This document shows positions 54,395 to 64,000 of a DNA stretch of 64,000 nucleotides, in pieces. A program made the translations under genes and the position numbers. The stretch spans positions 339,574,001-339,638,000 of the forward strand of contig OZ024743.1 of the NCBI GenBank assembly GCA_964016885.1, read 5' to 3'. The stretch comes from Eledone cirrhosa (Eukaryota). The notes below the pieces were generated by a model that ran no database searches, had not been told where the DNA came from, and worked only from the letters and a program-made list of their open reading frames with translations. Numbering within the stretch: the stretch's first letter is position 1; the number at the start of each line of letters is the position of its first letter.

Positions 54395-56245
54395 GGTTAA
54401 AGTAGAATACACTAAAGCCTTTTTACATTAGGCAACGTGCCAATTGCTTTAGAACAGAAAAATCAGTACAGAAAACAGATGGTATAAGAACACGAAAAAA
54501 CTGTCTCAAAAAGAAAATAATGATTAAGAAAACTTGCTTTTATAAACATATTACATAAAAAAAGAAAGAACAATCCAATATCTTTATCAAATATATTAAA
54601 GTATCCCCAAAAAGATAACGCTGCATACATTGAGATATGTTGTAGAGAATTAAAAGCGGCAAGGAAATCAGTTATTATCAACAAATTTGATACGAAAGGT
54701 CTGTGGAATATATTGTACAAAATACAAACATGTTGGCTTTACTATTTCTATTATCTTAATCCTCTTACAACACTTTCTTAGTTCATCATACTAGTTCTCT
54801 AAAAATTGATATACACTTCGTATGCAACAAACTGTTGCCAACATCCATATTATATTTAAATATGCAATTGGCGTTAAAGGGGGCTTTATCAGAAGTCATG
54901 CAAGTCATAAATGTCATGCAGCATCTTCAGAAATAAACATATGCGAGATTTCTATGTGGAGTGAGTTGGTCAAGGTAATTCACTATCAGATAATAACTAG
55001 TTCGGTAATTCACTGTTCTGAGTTAGAATTCCTTTAGAATAGAAACTGTATTTCAACCTTGTGGGATAGATAAAGTATATGTGAGTATATATCAGTAATA
55101 TACAGAAACGATTTGGTTGGGTATGCCAAAACGTTGACTTTATTTCTAATCAAAATATATCCACATTTGTAGACTTAACAGGGATGGAGATGCGGAAACT
55201 GGAAAGAGCCGGTTTAAATATTTAGAGTTCTAATCATGTTTGAGTTGTAAGCGTAAAAGAATACGAGTTATATGAAATTCAAGACCCTTGCATGGTTTCA
55301 ATCTAACTTTGAAGCTATTTAACTTAGCCAACTAACGTCCATGTGCAAAACGCATTCATGTTATAGTTCCCTATTTTCGTTCTATAATTATACGACGGGC
55401 GGATAGGATGTGCTCTCTGAAGTCAACATTACATTTATCTTTTCGGGGTCAATATAAGAGTGCCAGTTAAGTACAAGGGTCGATTCTTTTTCTATAACCC
55501 TTTCTCATTTCCTCTCTCATTCTTCTTCTCTGTAAGAAATCAACTGTGTTCAGTCATGGAGAGGTCAATCACTGGTTGGTTGCATTTCCAGTGGCGAGAG
55601 TGACAAGGGATTCTTTATGTATTTCGCTGCAGAACAAATATCTCAAGAGACATTTCTCAAAAAGTTCTTTTTTAGTTTCCTCATTGGCGAAAGATGTACA
55701 CATGCCCACACACACGTGCACCGGCATACATCTATATATTTAGGGGAAAATTAAGTATAAAGTGAAACTGTCATAGTATATATATTTAGTGGTGTGCTAA
55801 GTGAAAGGTGAGACTGTCATAGTATATACTTAGGGACGTGTTAAGTAACCGTAAAATGGGAATACCGTAATATATATTTAATGATGTGCTAAGTGTAAAG
55901 CGAGATTAAATAATTTATATTTAGTGATTACGATAATACATCTTAGATGAGAATGAAGTTGTGATAGATCTCAGAACGATGTCTGTCTCCGAGCCTACTT
56001 CCACGACCATGTCTTAAAAAGCTTGATTAATCCATGACGATAGGAATCGTCTTCCGTCTTGTTTCTATGGTCGAGCACTCCTAAAGGGAGTTTTGGTTTT
56101 GAAATTTGGCTGATTGTTTTCCTCCTCTCTCGCCATATTCCTACAGCGCGATTCAATTTGTGTGTAAAATCTTTATACAGTACTTTGTACTCCCCTCAGA
56201 CATCCCCCCACACACACAGACACACGCGCACACACACACACACGC

Positions 56246-56317
<72 letters not shown>

Positions 56318-56429
56318 CCGTCGACTTCATTATAAGAAGTCCTCCTCCACACATGCTATCAGAAACGCGTTTGGAGTTCTCTTCTCTTCAGAGAGGTTCA
56401 TTTTTGCGAGATGAAAATAATACTTTGCT

Positions 56430-57960
56430 AATCTCCTAAACCCGATCACAGCAGCATCATCTGATGTACACGAGATACATTTGGGAGCGATGACTAATCT
56501 CTCGGTGGCTGAGGTCACAAGAGCGGTCAAAGATCTCAAATGTGACAAGGCCGTTGGGGAGGGTGAAATTCGGTCCGAGATGTTAAAATCTTTAAATAGA
56601 GAAGGCACTCTCTGGCCGACTTGTGTGTGCTGGGTGGCCTGGGTCTCTGGAAAGACGCCTAAGCAATGGCAATCGGAAGTAATAATCCCAATTTTCAAAA
56701 GGAGGAGACAAGAGAGATAGCTCCAATCATAGAGGGAACTCTTTGTTAAGCCTCAAGTAGTAAAGTCTATGCTAAGTCTCTGACAAAGAGATGTAAGGAG
56801 ATTGTCGATTCCAAGCTAGCTGATGAACAGTGTGGTTCTTGCTCCGGATACAGTACAGTGCGGTCGGTCTTTGAGAAATCATGGGAGTATTATCAAGAGG
56901 TGTATGCTTGTTTTGTAGACCTAGAAAAAGCATACGACCACATTCCACGCTACCTGCTGTGGAAGGTTCTGCAGGAGTATAGGATCGATGGACAGCTTCT
57001 TGTTGCCCCGATGTCTCTATACGAATACCCTAGTACTTTTGTTTGGATAAATGGTGCTAAATCGAAACTATTCAATGTAGGTGTCGGATTCCACGAAGAG
57101 TGCGTACTCTCACCTTTCCTGTTTATAATCTTCACGAACGATGACATGCACAGCCAGGTTGGAAATGGTATCATGACTGGCAGGTGTAAGATCAATCGGT
57201 TGGAATTTACAGGCGACATGGGGTTACTTAACTCGTCAGATGATCTCCAACTTCCACTTGATAGGTTGATGTCGAATGTTGCATGGCTGGAATGAAAATC
57301 AGTTCTGCGAAAACTGAAACACTCGTCCTCTCAAGGAAGCCTGTGCAGCTGTGCAGTGCACTGTACATGTGAGTGTAGTTCCATAGAAGCAGGTGAAGAA
57401 GTTCAAGTATCTCAAGTATCTTGGGGCCGTGGTCACGTGTGATGGAAGGCAGGAGGCTAGTGCAGTAATGTGCCAGCTTGAGCATCAATAATCAGAAGAA
57501 GGGAGGTAGTTGTAAAAGCCAAACTCGCTATCTTCAATTCGGTATTCGTGCCAACTATTACCTATGGTCATAAATGTTAGGTAAATATCGAAAGAATACG
57601 ATCGCGAATACAAGCGGTAGATATGGGGTTCTCTCGAAGAGTTTTTGGACTAACGTTACTCGATAAAGTGCATAGCTCGGAGATCAAAGAATCGCTTCAG
57701 GTAGGGCCGCTACTTCTCCGAATTGAGAGCTCACAACACCGATACTACGGGCATGTGGTTAGAATGACTCAGGAAAGAATCACTGGACAGATTTTACGGG
57801 CAGGAAACTCAGAGGTAGACGCCGAGCAAGATAGTTGGATAACATCCATGAGCTCGGCTTGTTTTACTTGGGGATCCAGCCGGATCAATTGGAGTGGTGG
57901 CTTCTAACAGGACCCGATGGAAGGCGTGTTTGAGGTCTCTGACCGCACGACTCTCTTAAG
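56430..57960 (+). pseudogene. Decayed RTE-clade LINE (RT)
   Basis: Motifs KAVGEGEIRSEMLK, PKQWQSEVIIPIFK, FVDLEKAYD, CVLSPFLFII and RYYGHVVRM. Confidence 0.85.
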
Positions 57961-58705
57961 AAGTGGGTGAAAAAAAAAATGTACATAAACACAAATATGA
58001 TTATAAACAGCACACATGAATATATTCAAGCAATTCTATGTTTATTTCATTCAGAAAGAAAATTGTTTATATTTACGTCCGGAAAGTCAGACAAAACAAA
58101 AAATAGACACAGCCAAATGCACGGATCACGTCTGAAAGAGAAGAATCACTTGTGATATTTATAGCTTTCTCGGTAACTAACTTAAACTTTTTGAAATAGG
58201 CAACGTAGTTCATTGCAGATAGACTTGATATTGTTTACTGTCACACACAAACATTACTTATACACAGGCACCAAATACATATAAACATATGCCATATACA
58301 TATATAGTTGAAAGCGTAAAGACAAAGGCATCTTATATTTATCCCAGACTAATTTACTTCAGAGATAATGTTAATAACCCACGCAATATTTTCCTTTATT
58401 GGTCCTTTTGAATATCAAAAATACTTTTAGCCGTTTTAGGCTTCATCAACTGGATGTTAGAAATAAGTGGCTAAAATTAGTGCAGGTTAATTGCTTATAT
58501 TTTAGTTGAAAGGAAAAACATTGACTCTAAGTGTGAATGAGTTTTATTGCATGATGTAAGGATTTAGAAAAGTGTTTAGTATAGAGGTGTGAGGTAAACA
58601 GAATGAGTTGCTTCATTGTTCATGATCAATAGTATTCGCTGATCAGAATAGCAATTCTATTGGCTTGAAAGGAAATATTAAATGAGATTATTACAACTAA
58701 TACGA

Positions 58706-59353
58706 TTTATCGAGGCGCTTTGATGATTTGACATTTGAAAATGTTGATATCCAAACACAAAGTCGCTACAATGATAATGATAATAGTGTTAGAAAACCGG
58801 GTAATGTAGAAAATAAGCGATCAAACGCCTCGATTTGTTCGCTTCCGATTGTAACACCTGAAGCTATCATATATATAGTCACTAATTTATGTATTTACAG
58901 TAGTAAATTGATGTTTATAATAGTAAAACCAATTTAATAGAAAAAGAAAAAATATTAGATTGAGAGGAAAGAATGGAATGTAAAATAAGAAAAGATAAAC
59001 AACGGAAAAGGAAAGGGAAAGCAAGGACTCTAGTGACATAGAAGAATGGGGAGGGGAAGGGGAGGGTGATGGGTTCTGGGCCTAGGGCACGGTGGTAATG
59101 GGGCTGCATCCTGCGGACAAGACCGCAAAAGCATTCCCGCGGACAATTGCCAGCAACAACCACCTAATTTGGAAATAAACTGCCAGTTAGCTGCCATTTG
59201 ATGTAATGGTAACATATTTGGTTATCTGTAATGATTGCTGGCCACTTATTTTCTATCTCTAAAGTTATTTTGCCGGGTTTTCTAATGCTATCATCATTGT
59301 AGTTTGGATATCAACATTTTCAAATTTCAAATCATCCAAGCGCTTCAGTAAAT
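58706..59353. mobile_element. Non-autonomous element with imperfect terminal inverted repeats of about 90 bp
   Basis: GATGATTTGA.ATTTGAAAATGTTGATATCCAAAC...CTACAATGAT is inverted at 59270-59353. Confidence 0.7.
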
Positions 59354-59615
59354 CGGGCTAACCGCTGAAGTTATCATATATAGTTCCTAGTATTGACAGA
59401 AACTAAGAAGTCTCAGTTGACCTTGATGATAAATATTACTTCCTATGTTTACCTTTGTGTGTGTGTGTGTCGGTTCCATTTTGTACTGCCAAGTTTCTTC
59501 ACAATCTGAAGAATTTCTCTGATTTTATTGCACACAATTTAACAAGAATTTCAGTTGAGAAATAACAACTGTGTTAGAAGGAATTCCACAAGAGCAAGTT
59601 CGAAAATAATACTTA

Positions 59616-59782
59616 CCGTATTTCTCGGCGCCGAAGATGCTTCGTCATCGGGGACGCACCCTAATTTTGACAACCCAAAATTTGAAAAAGAATAATAAAC
59701 AACCTTCGGCCTCCAGGACGCATGGTAGATTTTTGCGACTTATTTTAGGAAAAAGTAGCGTCTTCGGCGCCGGGAAATACGG
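59616..59782. mobile_element. Tc1/pogo-type MITE with a TA TSD
   Basis: TA-CCGTATTTCTCGGCGCCGAAGA...TCTTCGGCGCCGGGAAATACGG-TA. Confidence 0.85.
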
Positions 59783-60309
59783 TAATGCTTGTTGGTAAAA
59801 CTACAGCCTTCCCCCGAAATTGAGAATAAATTAGTGGTATGTACCATGTTTTCGCTAACGAATTTAGGAGTCCATTAGGAGTCACAGGCACCATCTCGAT
59901 ACCCACAGCCTTGATCCAACACAACATCCAGGCTATAACAACTGGAAGAAGAGTCGGCTGCACCAGAACTGGGCTGGAACATTTTTTATCGACCCTGAAA
60001 ATATGAAAGGTAAAGTGCACCTCGATGGAATTTGAAATTAGAATGCAGACGTGGACCAACATCCAACGCTTTAACAACTCTGCCAAATCGACCGACAGTA
60101 ATATCAGTAATAATTTTTAATATAGGGTCAAGGCTACACATTCCTGGGGAAGGGTTAGTTGACTAAATTGACGCCAGTACTTTTATCGACGACGAAAGAA
60201 TAAAAGGGCGGGATTTTAACATAGAATATAGAATATATAAAAGGGTTAATTAAACGAGTTCTATTCAGTCGTTTAATAGAAAGCTAGGTATATGTATGTG
60301 CGTACACTT

Positions 60310-60410
<101 letters not shown>

Positions 60411-60414
60411 TATA

Positions 60415-60516
60415 CAGGGTTAGGTTTAGGGTTAAAATGTATACACACTTTGATTGCCTGTACAGGCAATATTTATTAGAATGCTGTTGAAGTGTGTATA
60501 CATTTTTGGGGACACC

Positions 60517-60519
<3 letters not shown>
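60415..60519. mobile_element. Small Tc1-like MITE
   Basis: TA-CAGGGT...AAAATGTATACACACTT / AAGTGTGTATACATTTT...ACCCTG-TA. Confidence 0.65.
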
Positions 60520-60593
<74 letters not shown>

Positions 60594-60743
60594 ATATAGA
60601 AATGGCTTCTACAGGACTAGAACTGTTTCATTCAAGAGAAATCTAGAAATCTAGATTAAATATTTATACTTTGCTATGTATTGAGTACCTTACTTACTGT
60701 GGTTACCCCCGATTGAACCCGGGATAAACATATAGATATATAT

Positions 60744-60786
<43 letters not shown>

Positions 60787-61522
60787 GTATATATTTAAGC
60801 AAGACACTGATCTACACTGTCAGACTCATGACATAGCCGTGACTATATATAGTCAGACACGAAGATAAATATAGATTAGACACTGAAGTGGTGACCTTGT
60901 CCTAGGCATCACACACCTAAAACGTCTAAAATAGTTCTATTAATACATATCACAAGTGATAAGGATACCGATGAAATAAGCTCCTTGGTGTTTTTGTTTT
61001 GTCTTGTTTTTAAACTTAATTTATATTTTTGGTTCCTGAATAAAGATACAGTGAAAAACAAAATTTTTGTGAGACTTTATTCTACTTATTTTTTGCTTAT
61101 ATATTTTTCTAACATCTTTTTTTTTATGTTTATCGAGTTTTAATAATATATTTTACAGTTATTAGCATACAAAGGTCAAAGGTGGTAAATGTCAGACTTA
61201 TAAATTCCTTTCAAAAACAGTTTTGGTTCCTCTTAGAATGTTAAGAATTTACTCTGTATTTTCGTTTCGTTAAGAATATTTTTATTGTTAGTGTTGCAAA
61301 TATGCGTTAATAAATGTATTTTGATAAGAAAACACCCATTAAGGCTGTTGTTGCTGCTAAGCCCTGGGTCAGTCTCATTTTAATTAATCGTGGCATATCC
61401 CATGTTTTGTATATCTATGACTACATTATCAAATTGTAGAGTATTTTTTAAAGAATGTAAGATATGATTTGAGAATGATTTTCTTGACTGCTAGTTTTAG
61501 CACGTAGAGCGACCTCATAGGG

Positions 61523-61900
61523 CAGTGATCCACAGCATGGGTTTTGCAGACCCATGGAGCTCCGCTAGGGTAGTATTTAGAGTTTGTGAGCTCAGTTCAG
61601 AATTTCAAGTATTTTATTAAAAACATTATACACACCCTTTATTGGGTATCCATTCTTCGCTAAAAATAAACATATCTCTTTTTATTATTATTGGCGCCGA
61701 GGTTAACTTTGCCTTTCATCCTTACGGGGTCGATAAAATAAAGTACCAGTAATACACTGGATAATTTGCTGGCCTTGTGCCAAAAGTAGAAACAATTATT
61801 ATTCTCGCCGTATAATCTGGTAAGGGAATTATTGTAGTGGTGGAGGGTAATGTATTTAAATAAAGGAGCTCCTTGGTGGGGAAAAGGTTGGGAATCACTG
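61523..61900. mobile_element. hAT-like MITE interrupted by a 5'-truncated SINE (61695-61800)
   Basis: CAGTGAT...ATCACTG ends. The SINE sits in an ATTATTATT site. Confidence 0.5.
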
Positions 61901-62464
61901 CCATAGACGCGACTTAATTAATTCAAATTCATGTTGGTTGTGAGAGATACTTAAAGTGAAGGCTTCGATACAGAAAATTTGTTTTCCTACAGTCAACAGA
62001 ATTCTCATTTTAAAGTGAAGTTTTGGATATACAAAAATAGAGGGATCGTCTTTAAAGTTAGGTCTACTCAATCAGAATAAACTTGTCTCAAAAATAATAT
62101 CGACAACACAAACATCGACAACAGTATCAACACTCAGAGGGCAATTACGGAGCTCCTACATGATCGCTCTACTATCAAGATATAGCAACAATATTTTCCT
62201 CCAATCACCGTCAAGTCTACATAAACCAAGTCAGTACTGAAGCAGGGCTACTGATCTCCCAGACTTGCCAGGGATCTACCTCACACTTATGTACGATCTC
62301 ACGTTCTACCGAGTGCACAGGAGAGGCTTCCCAACCCTTTGTTTGGCAAGCTTTCTACGGCTGGATGCCTATCCTATCATCAACCATTTTCCAGCTTCTA
62401 CTGGGGGGGGGGGGCATTTATCGTGTAAATCACCAATATTAGAGAGGTTGCCGTATCGTGGGAT

Positions 62465-64000
62465 CCATAAAAACACTTATTAGCAATACATACCCTTTTC
62501 AAAGACCTCCCTGTATAGATAAGAAATGTATAATCTGTAAATTAAGCCCCCATATTAACTGTAAAACTAGAAATGTAGTATATAGCATAAGATGTACTGA
62601 AGGACAATGTAGAGATAAGAATATAGTGTACATAGGTGAGACAGCTCGTAGTATAGGGGAACGGATAAATGAACACTGGCGAGACCTTCAAGATAGTAAA
62701 GAATCATCTGTACTCTACCAACATGCTAAAATAGAACATAAGGGTAAATTAGAGAACATAGAAATAAAAATAGAATCTACACACAGAAAAGACGCAATGT
62801 TTAGACAAATCACAGAGGCAATAAACATAAATGAACTCCAACCAAAATTAAATAGAAAACATGAATGGAACAGCAACATCACAACTTACAATTAAGGACA
62901 AAATGAAAACCACACGCACATATAACAAACACCCAACCAGTAACATGTAAATAAACAAATAAATAAACAAATATAAACACACACAGACACCCGGATGTAA
63001 CACATGCGCAAACTAAGCACACAACACACACAAAAACAAGATGGCGTAGGACAGAACAAAGGAGAGGCACAAAAACAAAGAAAAGAATCCCCAGTCACTG
63101 AAGAGGTCACAGAATGTGTGACGAAAGAACTTTGACAATATATGAACAATCATCTGGTTGTGGAACCAACCAACCAATCGGAAATTTATAAATTCCTAAA
63201 TTTATAAATTTATCATAATAAATTGAAGTGAAAGCAACTGGTGCGTGTGTTTCTTATTGGCAACATGACCCTCCCAAAGTATAACAATATCGGTTTCAAC
63301 ACGCGTTTTCAGATAAAGAATCTTGCTAAACAAATTCAGAAACGAAATATCGTAAGCCTTAGCCATGCTAACAAGATACTGAAAACCACCATGTTCTGTT
63401 GTCTACGAAAAACAATAACATCTCGACAACTACACTTCATAAAAGAATGTGCCTCGTCCCGAGTTTACACCAACACCATCAACACCGATGTAAGAAGATT
63501 ACAGCTCACCAAAAAGCAAGCAGATAGGCTAAAACGAACACTAATTCTAAACATAAAAAAGAAGATTTATAGAGAATTAAGTCATCAAGAAAAACATAAG
63601 GGTAACCTAATACAAGAAATAACTAAGATCACCACACCAAGAGAAAAATTAATATTTATAAACCTTATATGTCTTGAAGAAAAGTACATTGTTCAAGAAT
63701 GTGACAATCACTTTAACAAGAAACTAAAGTGGCTCAAACAGATCTAAATCAAGATACTTTAGAGAATATCGATAGATATCCCGACAAAATTGACGGTATA
63801 AATATAGCCGACATCTCATTAACAGATGAATTCAATAACAACAACACAAATATATACGGCAACACTACGGTCGACTCTGATGAATTATCGATATTACAAC
63901 TACCACCTAAATATGCCACATATAATAAGGTAAATATGATAAAATGCTTGTCAGAAATACAAAAATCATTTACAAAATTACGTTGGAGCCTCAAAAACAA
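62465..64000 (+). mobile_element. Penelope-like partial tandem: GIY-YIG tail (to 62895), pseudo-LTR, then a new ORF from ATG 63265 running off the window
   Basis: Motifs CIDKKCIIC, NVVYSIRC and YIGETARS. The ORF starts [22 protein letters not shown] (as at 24544) and, after a frameshift near 63740, continues ELSILQLPPKY..KLRW. Confidence 0.9.
63094..63136 (+). ncRNA. Minimal type I hammerhead ribozyme in the PLE pseudo-LTR
   Basis: GTCA-CTGAAGA-g-GTCAC(agaatgt)GTGAC-GAA-AG(aa)CT-T-TGAC. Confidence 0.7.

Noticed and set aside
60417-60432. Telomere-like GGGTTAGGTTTAGGGTT
   Set aside because: Only about three degenerate units inside a MITE, too short to call.

Overview
AT-rich, microsatellite-dense animal genomic DNA, probably intergenic or intronic. 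The SINE and repeat landscape suggests an octopus or other cephalopod (inference). I found no convincing host gene; nearly all interpretable sequence is mobile DNA. (1) R4/Dong-type non-LTR retrotransposons (RT plus restriction-like endonuclease) are stacked in (TAA)n tracts at 1-4.3 kb and 52.5-54.4 kb. (2) Tx1/L1-type LINEs are stacked head-to-tail at 41.6-52.5 kb in the same repeat but on the opposite strand. (3) A very abundant tRNA-derived SINE has a 3' end matching the Tx1 3' end and forms arrays by repeated insertion at one site. (4) Penelope-like elements (PLEs) at 22-24.6 kb and 62.5-64 kb carry hammerhead motifs. (5) A 466-bp non-coding unit with a hammerhead ribozyme (retrozyme-like) at 8.2-9.2 kb has the same inversion geometry as the 22-24.6 kb PLE. 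(6) RTE, CR1, mariner, Helitron, MITE and solo-LTR remnants are also present. The best candidates for undescribed systems are the ATT-targeting Tx1 LINE/SINE pair sharing target tracts with Dong, and the TA-repeat-associated PLE/retrozyme system. All alignments and folds were done by eye, so element boundaries are approximate.
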